This document shows, one piece after another, positions 20,775-29,796 of a stretch of 64,000 nucleotides of DNA. The stretch is taken from positions 46,394 to 110,393 of the forward strand of contig JBNKTL010000007.1 of assembly GCA_050298055.1 (NCBI GenBank). The letters run 5' to 3'. The stretch is from Spirochaetota bacterium. Lineage in GTDB: Bacteria > Spirochaetota > UBA4802 > UBA5550. Numbering within the stretch: the first letter of the stretch is position 1; every line of letters begins with the position of its first letter. The notes under the pieces were generated by a model. The model was not told the DNA's origin. It did not search any database and worked only from the letters and a program-made list of their open reading frames with translations. Both the position numbers and the translations under genes were made by a program.

Positions 20775-20802
20775 CTCTGTGTCTCTGTGCCTCTGTGGCA
20801 AA
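20775..20802 (-). repeat. Short triple repeat (CTCTGTG x3)
   Basis: ctctgtgtctctgtgcctctgtggcaaa; reverse complement TTTGCCACAGAGGCACAGAGACACAGAG. Confidence 0.6.
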
Positions 20803-20849
20803 TCTTAAAAAATTTAAAGAAATAACCATATTTATAAAACAGGAAAAAA

Positions 20850-21530
20850 ATGCTCTTAAGTATAGACAGGGTTCTTCAGCTTTTATCTGAAGGTAAATCC
20901 ATTGAAAAAATATCGGAACTGGCCAGCTGTTCAGCAGGTGATGTAATCGATGTCATAGATTCTGCCAGGAAATTCATTAACTCCAGGGACAGAAAGTATG
21001 CGAAGAAAAAAATTATTATCGAAAAAAAGAAAAAAAAAGATATTTTTGTTAATGAAAACAGTGATGACAGCAGTACTAATATAAAAGACCTTTTAAAGGG
21101 TGCCGAGCTGCATGCTGTTCCCCTTGAATCCTACCTGGTCATTTATACCAAAGGGAAGAGAAGCAGGGAGACAGGAAATGCCGGTATCGGAATCATTATC
21201 TATGATAAGGAAAACAGGCAGGTTGGCAAAGTGTCAATAAACATCGGGAAACAGGATGAAAAAACCGCTGAGTATACTGCAATCATACGAGCTTTAAAAA
21301 TTGCAGAGTACTTTAAAGCTCAGGAAACCAGCATACGGACCGATTCTGAAATTATCATAAAACAGATCAAAGGCGAGTATGAAGTAACTTCTGATCATCT
21401 TCGTGAAATGCTTGAAAGAATAAACACGTTTAAGACCGGTTTGAAAAACTGCCGGTTTGAACATGTAACAGGCAACCTGAATGAAAAAGCAAACTATGTT
21501 GCCGACCGTGCTTCTCAAAAGCCTCTATGA
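20850..21530 (+). CDS. RNase HI-like protein with N-terminal HTH-like extension, degenerate active site
   Basis: IYTKG..GNAGIG, AEYTAII, TDSE, NEKAN; first and last catalytic Asp replaced. Confidence 0.82.
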   Translation: MLLSIDRVLQLLSEGKSIEKISELASCSAGDVIDVIDSARKFINSRDRKYAKKKIIIEKKKKKDIFVNENSDDSSTNIKDLLKGAELHAVPLESYLVIYTKGKRSRETGNAGIGIIIYDKENRQVGKVSINIGKQDEKTAEYTAIIRALKIAEYFKAQETSIRTDSEIIIKQIKGEYEVTSDHLREMLERINTFKTGLKNCRFEHVTGNLNEKANYVADRASQKPL

Positions 21531-23596
21531 AAAAAAACTGGAAACTGCAAACTTATGATAATAATGAGATTGATAATATCAGCAGGTACGCACAGGTCAA
21601 CAAATACCTGGCTGCTCTCATCCGGTCACGAGGTTACACCACACCCGTTGAAATAAAAAGATACCTTTATGCCGGGCTTGCATCCACATACAGTCCTTTT
21701 CTTATTGACAGCATGCATGAAGCGGTTTCAAGAATAAAAAGCGCAGTTGAAAAAGGAGAAAAGATAGGCATTTTCTCCGATTCTGACCTGGACGGCCTGA
21801 CTTCTCTTGCACTTCTTGATAGACTTCTCAAAAAATTCAACCTCTCCCGTTATCACAGGTATCCTGTTGATGATGAGTCATACGGTCTTACAATGGATAT
21901 TATAGAAGAATTTATCAACGAAAAGGTTGACCTGATTATCACTGTTGATTCAGGGATAAGGGATATCAAAGAGATTGAATATGCTGTCAAAAACAAAATT
22001 GATGTTATCGTGACAGATCACCACGAACAGGACGAAGAGCTCCCCGACGCGATTGTTATAAATCCGAAAAAAATCAACTGCACATATCCATTCAAAGACC
22101 TTGCCGGCGTGGGTGTTGTCTTTAAACTCTGCCATGCGCTGCTCATGAGCTATCTTCCCGGTTATAACAGAAAATTTTTTCTTACCGTAGAGGAGGGTGA
22201 CCGGGTAGAGGCATCTGTAATTGAAAACGGTATTGTCAGAGAGCTCATGGAATTTACCGGCGAGAAGAGATACAGGCGTGTGAAAGAATCTGCAGACAGA
22301 CTGGGTAAAAACATCTTTACGGTTTATCACGGTAACGCGCTTGGTGAGATTTTTAAAGAAGAGAACGGTTCCGGGGATACCTGCAGTTTAAAGAGTCTTG
22401 GAGGCAGTATACCTGAAAATAAAATAAATGAACTGGTACAAAGAGTTGAAAAGATTGATGATTCGACAGAAAGTAAAATTCAGAGGGCAAATTCTGTTTT
22501 TCATGAAATTCAGTTTACCAGTTCTCCGAAAATTTTTGAATTCATTGAATCAGTAATAGAACTTGTGGCTATCGGCCTCATTGCGGATGTTATGCCTCTT
22601 GTGGATGAGAACAGGATACTTGTGCGGCAGGGTATCAGGGAATTGGGCAAGAGAAGGCACAGGGGATTGAACAGGATATTAAAGAGCGGCAGGATAAATT
22701 CCAAAACAGTTGGCTGGGAAGTCGCACCATTTTTAAATACCCCAGGAAGATATGGGAAAACAGGTCTTACAGCGGAGTTTTTCATCACAGACAACAGCAG
22801 GAGAGTAGATGAAATTGTGGATGAAATCGACACTCTCAACAGGGAGAGAAAGGAAACGGTCAAAAAACTCTATCAATCAATATCGGAAAAAATTAACAAC
22901 GGGTCCATAACATTTTCAGACAATATCATCTTTGAAATGAGAGATGATATACCTCCGGGCCTTTCCGGCCTCCTGGCGGCGAAAATAGCACAAAGAGAGA
23001 ACAGGCCCGTCATTATTGCATCCACAACGAAAGATGAGGGTTCTCTTAAAGGTTCCGGAAGAAGTGCAGGTAATTTCAACTTCATTGAACATGCCGATCC
23101 TTTCTCACACCTCTTTATTAAATTCGGAGGACACGCACAGGCCTTCGGGTTTACCGCTTCACAGGAAATGATTCATAAGATAATCAACAGTATAAACGAT
23201 TCTGTTGGAGATAATTACCGTCAGGAAGAAAAACTGCTGGTGGACCTTAAACTTGACCTGGAAAAAATCAATCTTAAGTTCATTGAATCTTTGCGTGCTC
23301 TTGAACCATACGGCAAGGGAAACGAAGAGCCGCTTTTTTATTCAGAAAATGTGAAAATCAATGAATTCAGGAAAATTGGCAAAGAACAAAACCATGGCAG
23401 GTATACCTTTGCCGAAAACAGCTTTCTTACCGCTATTGGATGGAACATCTCCCGTGAAATGGAAGAGATCTATAAATCAGGAAGAAATGCAGATATTGTA
23501 TACCGGCTTGAGATAAATGATTACAGGGGGAGAAGTTATCCGCAGCTTATTCTGGAGGATATTGACTTTGCAGAAGTAAATGGAAAAATGACCTGA
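21527..23596 (+). CDS. recJ: Single-stranded-DNA exonuclease RecJ with internal insertion
   Basis: DSDLDG, ITVDSG, TDHH, LAGVGV, ADVMPL, KGSGRS, FGGH, LEPYG.GN. Confidence 0.94.
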   Translation: MKKNWKLQTYDNNEIDNISRYAQVNKYLAALIRSRGYTTPVEIKRYLYAGLASTYSPFLIDSMHEAVSRIKSAVEKGEKIGIFSDSDLDGLTSLALLDRLLKKFNLSRYHRYPVDDESYGLTMDIIEEFINEKVDLIITVDSGIRDIKEIEYAVKNKIDVIVTDHHEQDEELPDAIVINPKKINCTYPFKDLAGVGVVFKLCHALLMSYLPGYNRKFFLTVEEGDRVEASVIENGIVRELMEFTGEKRYRRVKESADRLGKNIFTVYHGNALGEIFKEENGSGDTCSLKSLGGSIPENKINELVQRVEKIDDSTESKIQRANSVFHEIQFTSSPKIFEFIESVIELVAIGLIADVMPLVDENRILVRQGIRELGKRRHRGLNRILKSGRINSKTVGWEVAPFLNTPGRYGKTGLTAEFFITDNSRRVDEIVDEIDTLNRERKETVKKLYQSISEKINNGSITFSDNIIFEMRDDIPPGLSGLLAAKIAQRENRPVIIASTTKDEGSLKGSGRSAGNFNFIEHADPFSHLFIKFGGHAQAFGFTASQEMIHKIINSINDSVGDNYRQEEKLLVDLKLDLEKINLKFIESLRALEPYGKGNEEPLFYSENVKINEFRKIGKEQNHGRYTFAENSFLTAIGWNISREMEEIYKSGRNADIVYRLEINDYRGRSYPQLILEDIDFAEVNGKMT

Positions 23597-23598
23597 GA

Positions 23599-24378
23599 TT
23601 ACTCAATACCTGTTATAATCAGCTCAATCCTGTCAATTCGCCTGAACCCGACTGCCGTGTCCATGACAATCCTGTTGCCTGCACCTATAGCAGTAATCCG
23701 GTCACCATTGATATTATTAGCAACAAAAAATTTCTTCAGCCTTTTCGATTTTCTCTCAGAGAACTTTCTGTAATCAGTAAAGCTCGTGTGACCGACAATT
23801 CTCAATTTGCTGTTACTGTATTTTTCAAGGACCCTGATAATTTTCTCCATGCTTTTCAGGCCCCTTTTACTCAAACTGAGCCTTCTCTTTTCAAAAAGGT
23901 TTCTGTCAATGATTTCAATCCGGTAGATATTCCCTTTTTTAAGAAGGTTTGCTTCGATTATTTCATTCATATCCGTTGGAGTCTTTACAGGTTCTGCAGT
24001 CTCTTCCTTCTTTTTCTTCCTGTAGTAGTTCTTCTCATATATGAGCCTGTCTCTTTCAAGCTTCCTTGCTTCGGCATATATCCTGGCAGTTTCAATTTTA
24101 ATCAATGCAGTTGAGGCATAGAAAAATGCGAGCTCATACTCCTCATTGTCAAGTTCCCACCTGGACATCCTGATATTTATTACTGCTTCAGAATAGTAAT
24201 CGTAGGGAAGAAATTCTTTAATTTCAAAATTATTGTCAATATCGCTAATTGCATTATCTGCTTTTTCGATGATCTTTTTGCACGAATCTTCATCCCATGC
24301 AAGGAGATTGCCGGTAGAGATAAATATCAGCATGAGGGAGAGTATACTGATGAGTCGGTACTTTATCAATTTATTCAT
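23599..24378 (-). CDS. Secreted protein: helical (DUF4398-like) N-terminus plus degenerate OmpA-like C-terminal domain
   Basis: Signal peptide; IVGHTS..SERKS..GDRITAIGAG..RIELII. Confidence 0.7.
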   Translation of the reverse strand: MNKLIKYRLISILSLMLIFISTGNLLAWDEDSCKKIIEKADNAISDIDNNFEIKEFLPYDYYSEAVINIRMSRWELDNEEYELAFFYASTALIKIETARIYAEARKLERDRLIYEKNYYRKKKKEETAEPVKTPTDMNEIIEANLLKKGNIYRIEIIDRNLFEKRRLSLSKRGLKSMEKIIRVLEKYSNSKLRIVGHTSFTDYRKFSERKSKRLKKFFVANNINGDRITAIGAGNRIVMDTAVGFRRIDRIELIITGIE

Positions 24379-24721
24379 TGAGCTTTTCCTTGATCTTGTT
24401 TAACTCCGTCTTTGATTCATTAAGAGAAGATTTTGCACTGACCAGGTTAAAATATGAAATAGCAATACTGATAACATAGTATGCCCTCTGGTATTTTTCT
24501 TCCTTGATCAGTCTCTTTGTTTCCTTAATATATCCTTCAATGATGTTTATTTCTTCCTGTGCATAGTTCACGGCATCGGAGTTTTTTATCTTACCCAGTT
24601 TCTTTTCAACAATAGTCGTCAGGTTTCTCACCTCTCGAACCTGGTCCTGCGCTGACAGGTAACGGGAAGACAGGGAAACCGTGAAAATTAATAAAATGAA
24701 AATTGCGGTTTTAATCTTCAT
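24371..24721 (-). CDS. Small secreted helical protein (DUF4398-like)
   Basis: MKIKTAIF.. signal peptide, AVNYAQEE; AGGAGG upstream of ATG 24721; overlaps the OmpA-like gene. Confidence 0.6.
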   Translation of the reverse strand: MKIKTAIFILLIFTVSLSSRYLSAQDQVREVRNLTTIVEKKLGKIKNSDAVNYAQEEINIIEGYIKETKRLIKEEKYQRAYYVISIAISYFNLVSAKSSLNESKTELNKIKEKLNE

Positions 24722-24811
24722 TTTCAAGAGCCCCTCCTGAAAATTAAAAATAAATTTATAGTTTATAAATCGACCGATTGTGAATAAAATATAATGAATA
24801 TATCTAAAAAT

Positions 24812-24920
24812 AACGTATTTACTAAAATTGAACAATATGTCCCTGCCGCCGAAGGCGGCGGGGACATATTATTTCTATTTTTTAATGATAAGATTATTCT
24901 TATACATAGCTGAGTAGTTA
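24812..24920 (+). repeat. Palindromic MITE/REP-like element, copy A
   Basis: Core AATATGTCCCTGCCGCC-GAA-GGCGGCGGGGACATATT (24834-24870); end CATAGCTGAGTAGTTA. Confidence 0.85.
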
Positions 24921-24959
24921 TAAAAATCAAACTATTTTTTGTGAAAAATAAATAAATGT

Positions 24960-24988
24960 TTGACTTGATAACAGATCAATAATAAATT
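24960..24988 (+). promoter_or_regulatory. Putative sigma-70 promoter of the STAS gene
   Basis: TTGACT-N17-TAAATT. Confidence 0.4.
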
Positions 24989-25016
24989 TATAAATCATCA
25001 CAAACAGGGTTGGGAT

Positions 25017-25316
25017 ATGGATATTGAAGTAAAAGATCATGACAAGAAAGTCAGCATAGTAGTAAATGGTGATATTGAGATGATGACCATTAAGAGTTTT
25101 AAACAGAAGCTCTTTGAGATAGGTCAGAATGTGGATAAAGATATTGAAATTGACCTGTCAAATGTGGATTATATCGATTCATCCGGCGTTGGAGTACTTA
25201 TCAGTCTTTTGAAACTTCAAAAAAAGAAAGACAAAACCCTGTCCATAAACAAGGTAAGCCCCAAGGTACTTAACGTACTAAAGCTGAGTTCACTGTCTGA
25301 TGTTTTTAAAATATAA
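25017..25316 (+). CDS. STAS-domain anti-sigma-factor antagonist
   Basis: DLSNVDYIDSSGVGVL phosphorylatable Ser motif. Confidence 0.92.
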   Translation: MDIEVKDHDKKVSIVVNGDIEMMTIKSFKQKLFEIGQNVDKDIEIDLSNVDYIDSSGVGVLISLLKLQKKKDKTLSINKVSPKVLNVLKLSSLSDVFKI

Positions 25317-25439
25317 AGCTTCGCCCCTTGGAAGTCAGCTTGCAATCCTTTTCACTGTCCGGAAAACAGTAAAACCATAATCTCTAAATTTAACAAGAGT
25401 TCTCTTTAAAGAGGGAAGTTCCACATTAAAACCATAATT

Positions 25440-25931
25440 ATGAAATGCAATTTGAGAATAGGCCACGGGTATGATGTACACAGGTTTGCTCCCGGAAGAG
25501 ACTTAATTCTTGGCGGTGTAAAAATCGATTACAGCCAGGGTCTGGAAGGGCATTCTGATGCAGATGTGTTAACACATGCCGTTATCGACTCCTTATTAAG
25601 TGCTGCGTCCCTGGGAGATATCGGCACACTTTTTCCCGATACGGATAAACGCTACAGGGGAATAAGCAGTATCAAGCTTCTTGAAAAAGTCTGCGCTCTC
25701 CTGGAAGAAAATAGCATATCTGTTATTAATATTGATACAACCCTTGTCTGTGAAAGTCCAAAAATCTCTCCCTATAGAGAGCAGATGAAGTATATTCTCT
25801 CCGATACAATCAGAATAAACAAAGATCGAATAGGGATAAAGGGAAAGACAACGGAAAAACTTGGTTTTACAGGGAGAGGGGAGGGGATTGAAGCCCACTC
25901 CGTGGCGCTTATTGCATTTGATGAGGATTAA
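25440..25931 (+). CDS. ispF: 2-C-methyl-D-erythritol 2,4-cyclodiphosphate synthase
   Basis: RIGHGYDVH, GHSDADV, GDIG..FPD, KTTEKLGFTGRGEG. Confidence 0.97.
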   Translation: MKCNLRIGHGYDVHRFAPGRDLILGGVKIDYSQGLEGHSDADVLTHAVIDSLLSAASLGDIGTLFPDTDKRYRGISSIKLLEKVCALLEENSISVINIDTTLVCESPKISPYREQMKYILSDTIRINKDRIGIKGKTTEKLGFTGRGEGIEAHSVALIAFDED

Positions 25932-25936
25932 TAAGC

Positions 25937-27388
25937 CTAGTTTTTCCAGAATCTCGGTGTAAAGAGGATCAAGACTGTGTAGAGTTCCAATCTGCCGGCC
26001 AGCATGGCAAAGCTGAGAAACCATTTAACATATATCGGAAAGAATGCATAGTTCTCCGTGGGACCAATCTTACCGAAACCGGGACCGATATTACCAACAG
26101 TGGCAAGGGCAGTGGTAAATGAAGTCAGAAGGTCCTCCCCTGAACTGGCTACTACCAGAGATGTTATCAACAGCATGAAGATATAGAGAAAGAAAAACCC
26201 GGAAATAGAAAAAATAATGTCTTTGGGAACTGAGTCCCCGCTGATCTTCAGTGTAAAAATGCCTCTGGGATGGAGGAGATATTTCATCTCATTTAATCCC
26301 TGCTTGAGAAGTGTTACCAGCCTGATGACCTTGATCCCGCCTCCCGTTGAACCTGAACATCCTCCCACAAACATCAGAACATAGAGTATGATCTGGCTAA
26401 AGTAAGGCCACTTTTCAAAATCTGCTGACGCATATCCGGTAGTTGTAATAATAGTTGCCGCCTGGAAACTTGCATACCTGAAACTCTCACCGATACCCTG
26501 GTAGAAATTTCCATAGAGATTAAAGGTCATGATAAGAGTTGCTGATATATATATTGCAAGGTAGGCCTTAAATTCAGTATCTTTTAATACAAAACCGTAT
26601 TTTCCCGTAAGGATCCTGAAATGCAGGGAAAAATTTATCCCGGCAAAGACCATAAAAAGTGTAATAATTCCCTCAATGTACGCTGAATTAAAATGGGCAA
26701 CACTGGTGTTTTTTGTGGAGAACCCGCCGGTTGCAAGAGTCCCGAATGTATGGGTAAGTGCATCCACAAGGTCCATTCCCCCAAGCATGAGAAGAGCTGT
26801 TTCGGATATTGTGAATCCAATATAAATAAACCAGAGCAGCTTTGCCGTTTCCGTTATCCTTGGCGTCAACTTGTCAACAGTTGGTCCCGGCGCTTCAGCC
26901 TTTATCAGCTGAAGTCCCCCAATCCCCAGCAGGGGAAGCACTGCAACAGTGAGTACAACTATCCCCATTCCCCCAAGCCAGTGCGTGAGCGATCTCCAGA
27001 AGAGAAGCGAACGGGGCAGGGACTCAATATCCGTAAGAATGGATGCTCCTGTAGTGGTAAAACCGGATATTGTCTCAAAGAACGCCTCTGTAAAACCGGG
27101 TATTGCCCCGGAGAGATAAAAAGGAAATGCTCCGATCAGGGATGCGCAAATCCAGCTCAGTGAAACAAAGAGAAACCCGTCCCGGGTTTTCATGGTCCTG
27201 GATTTAGTGTTTCTCAGGAAAAAGAGAATGAGGAGTGAGATAAGAACAGCTGAAGGTATGGTCAGGGAAAATGCATGGGTTGCCCTGATCTCGTTATTGT
27301 AGATTGATATCATTGCCGGCACCAGCATGAAGCCGGAGATGATACACATTAAGATCGAAACCAGTTTTATGACTAATTTGAAATTCAT
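25937..27388 (-). CDS. trkH: Trk potassium uptake membrane protein
   Basis: FETISGFTTTG, ATGGFS, GGCSGSTGGGIK, GNIGPG, GRLE; start set to MNFK. Confidence 0.95.
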   Translation of the reverse strand: MNFKLVIKLVSILMCIISGFMLVPAMISIYNNEIRATHAFSLTIPSAVLISLLILFFLRNTKSRTMKTRDGFLFVSLSWICASLIGAFPFYLSGAIPGFTEAFFETISGFTTTGASILTDIESLPRSLLFWRSLTHWLGGMGIVVLTVAVLPLLGIGGLQLIKAEAPGPTVDKLTPRITETAKLLWFIYIGFTISETALLMLGGMDLVDALTHTFGTLATGGFSTKNTSVAHFNSAYIEGIITLFMVFAGINFSLHFRILTGKYGFVLKDTEFKAYLAIYISATLIMTFNLYGNFYQGIGESFRYASFQAATIITTTGYASADFEKWPYFSQIILYVLMFVGGCSGSTGGGIKVIRLVTLLKQGLNEMKYLLHPRGIFTLKISGDSVPKDIIFSISGFFFLYIFMLLITSLVVASSGEDLLTSFTTALATVGNIGPGFGKIGPTENYAFFPIYVKWFLSFAMLAGRLELYTVLILFTPRFWKN

Positions 27389-27401
27389 TGCCGGGACAGT
27401 A

Positions 27402-28754
27402 TCAGCTGCTCGTACTCTGGAAAATATCTTCAATCTCTGCGATAGACTGTTTTTTCACTATGATCACAATTGTGTCATTTTCTTCTATCTGAAAATTACC
27501 GTCGGGAATCATTACTTTGCCATTTCTGATAACGGAAAGTATCAGCGAACCTTCCGGCATTTCAAGATCCTTGATCGGTTTCGTAAGGAGCCTGCAGGTG
27601 TTGTCGGCCGTGAATTCAATGACCTCAGCTTTACCGTTAAAGAGCCGGTGTATGGATTTAATATTGCCCCGCCTGATATATTTCAGAATCGCATCAACGG
27701 TGCTGTTTTTCGGGTTCACGCATGAGTCGATCCCCAGTTTGTTTGCAACGTTAAAATAACTGTTCTTTGTAATTATAGCAATTGTTCGGGGAATTCCGAT
27801 ATGTTTCGCATATACTGAAGTAAGAATATTCAGTTCCTGGTTATCTGTTGTTGTAATAACAAGATCATATCTATGCAGCTCTTCTTCTTCAAATATCTCC
27901 TCTTCGGAAATATCAGCCCTCAGCACAAGAGCATCGGGAAATTTCTCCGAAAGGATTTTGCAGTTTTCGTAGTCATCATCTATAATAGTAATGCTTCTTC
28001 CTGTCCTGATAAGATAACGGGTTATCAGGGTGGCAATTTTTCCTCCACCTACAATCAGGATCTTATCAATTTTCTGGCTTTTCCTTCCTGTCTCCATGAA
28101 TACTTTCGTCAGATTGTCCTTTGAGGCGAGAAGATAGAGGTTGTCATTTTCCCGAATCAGCGTATTCCCTGAGGGAATAACAAAGGAATCATCCCGGTAT
28201 ACTGCTGCAATCAGGAATCTTTCCTTGAGGGACTTCCTGATATCCTTGACTGTCTTATTTTTAAAAAATGAATTGCTATCTACAAGGGTATTCCGCATCT
28301 GCAGGTCAGAATCCTGGAAGAGCATCACATCACTGGTTGCCCCCAGTGCCACGGTATTGGCAATTTGCCGTGATGATTCAACCTCGGGATTCACAATATA
28401 GTCGATGCCGAGAAAGGCTTTTTCGAAGATCTTTGCCTTTGAGTAATCGAGGTTTCTCACCCGGGCGATCTTAAGCTTTACGTCAAATTCGCTGGCCACA
28501 AGACCGCAGGCAACCATGTTGACCTCATCGGAGTTTGTCACGCTGATAAAGTAGTCGTCTTTTTCAATACCTGCCCGTTTCAGAGTCAGGAGGTTGTTCC
28601 CCTCTTCATTTAAAACAATGCAATCGAGGTGTTGAGAGGCATACTTGGCTCTTTCAATATTATTCTCAATGAGAACAACATCTTTCCCTTCGGAAATGAG
28701 AATACTGGCTATCTGAAATCCTACGACTCCCGCACCTAAAATCACAACCTTCAT
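27402..28754 (-). CDS. trkA: Trk potassium uptake NAD-binding subunit
   Basis: Two RCK repeats (GAGVVG, GGGKIA), DEVN. Confidence 0.95.
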   Translation of the reverse strand: MKVVILGAGVVGFQIASILISEGKDVVLIENNIERAKYASQHLDCIVLNEEGNNLLTLKRAGIEKDDYFISVTNSDEVNMVACGLVASEFDVKLKIARVRNLDYSKAKIFEKAFLGIDYIVNPEVESSRQIANTVALGATSDVMLFQDSDLQMRNTLVDSNSFFKNKTVKDIRKSLKERFLIAAVYRDDSFVIPSGNTLIRENDNLYLLASKDNLTKVFMETGRKSQKIDKILIVGGGKIATLITRYLIRTGRSITIIDDDYENCKILSEKFPDALVLRADISEEEIFEEEELHRYDLVITTTDNQELNILTSVYAKHIGIPRTIAIITKNSYFNVANKLGIDSCVNPKNSTVDAILKYIRRGNIKSIHRLFNGKAEVIEFTADNTCRLLTKPIKDLEMPEGSLILSVIRNGKVMIPDGNFQIEENDTIVIIVKKQSIAEIEDIFQSTSS

Positions 28755-28851
28755 AAAATGATCAATACACGATAAATTAAATTTGTGTCAAGCAGGTTTC
28801 TGAATAACAATTGTAAGAATGGGGGAGGGGAAAAGCATCTTTATCAGCAGG

Positions 28852-28877
28852 TGAGGCCGGAAAATTTCCCGGCCTCA
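28852..28877 (-). terminator. GC-rich hairpin just after the lipoprotein gene
   Basis: TGAGGCCGG-aaaatttc-CCGGCCTCA; no clear U-tract. Confidence 0.4.
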
Positions 28878-28885
28878 ATCTGTTA

Positions 28886-29524
28886 CTATCTTTTATTACC
28901 CTGCTCAATCAATTCAAGTGCCGGATGTTTTTCATACTCTGAACCATTTTTAAGGAAACTGTAACCTGCAACATGCATGAATTTCACCTGGGGGCTTATC
29001 TGGTAAACAACGATAGTGTCCCTGTCACTTTTCCGGGACTTGAATGCTTTTAAAGAAACCCTGAAATTCCCTGCCTTAACGGTGACACTGTTGCCGAGTC
29101 CGAACTTTCTTTTTTGATCGGCTGTGATATTTACCGGCATCATGTATTCATTCTGGCCGGGAGCAGCGACTTTAAGGGGAGTCCGTTCATCTCCATCAAC
29201 AAGAAAGCCTTTTTTTACAAAACCGCCCCATGTTGCATAGACATCAATAGTCATTGATTCCTTAAAACCCACACCGGGAATAACAAAACCGCTTTCACTC
29301 CTGATAATAAAAAGTTTACCGGAACGACCGATAATCTTCATTTTTACCTGTGCGGCACCCTGTGCTCCCTGAAATATCGCATAATCTCCCACTCTTGGGT
29401 TCTTATGCAGAAGGATCCTGTTATTGAGCGGCGTATCTTTTGCAGAATCCTTAATCATATCTTTCAGACACCCTGCCTGGGTGACAAGTAATGCAGCAAA
29501 AATAATTGAAATAAACTTTTTCAT
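28886..29524 (-). CDS. Hypothetical lipoprotein
   Basis: MKKFISIIFAALLVTQAGC lipobox; GGAG RBS. Confidence 0.8.
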   Translation of the reverse strand: MKKFISIIFAALLVTQAGCLKDMIKDSAKDTPLNNRILLHKNPRVGDYAIFQGAQGAAQVKMKIIGRSGKLFIIRSESGFVIPGVGFKESMTIDVYATWGGFVKKGFLVDGDERTPLKVAAPGQNEYMMPVNITADQKRKFGLGNSVTVKAGNFRVSLKAFKSRKSDRDTIVVYQISPQVKFMHVAGYSFLKNGSEYEKHPALELIEQGNKR

Positions 29525-29655
29525 TGTTGCTTCTCCTGTATAATATTATTTTTATAATCATGTATACTTTTTAAGTATACTCAAAATTGTCAATGCAATA
29601 TTCTGGTGTATATTATGAGGAGGAAATGGTTCATTGAACAATGAAAAAAATCCTA

Positions 29656-29683
29656 ATGAGACATAATATATCTTATCGGAAGT
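29656..29683 (-). other. dif: dif-like XerC/XerD recombination site
   Basis: ACTTCCGATAA-GATATA-TTATGTCTCAT; 11-6-11 layout, 21/28 identical to B. subtilis dif ACTTCCTAGAA-TATATA-TTATGTAAACT. Confidence 0.7.
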
Positions 29684-29796
29684 TGTATATTGCATCAAGC
29701 CCCCAAATAAATTTTTCATCTTTAAATCATTGACAGATTATACCATAAAAAATCATTTTATTAATATTATTAAAAAATATTAATTTCTGTAATATT

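Noticed and set aside
20684..20849. RNase P RNA, often found after nif3/Zn-ribbon genes
   Set aside because: Gap too short and lacks the GAGGAAAGTCC motif
28762..28793. dif-like ATACACGATAA-N7-TTGTGTCAAGC upstream of trkA
   Set aside because: 7-bp spacer, and better explained by the TTGACA promoter of trkA on the minus strand
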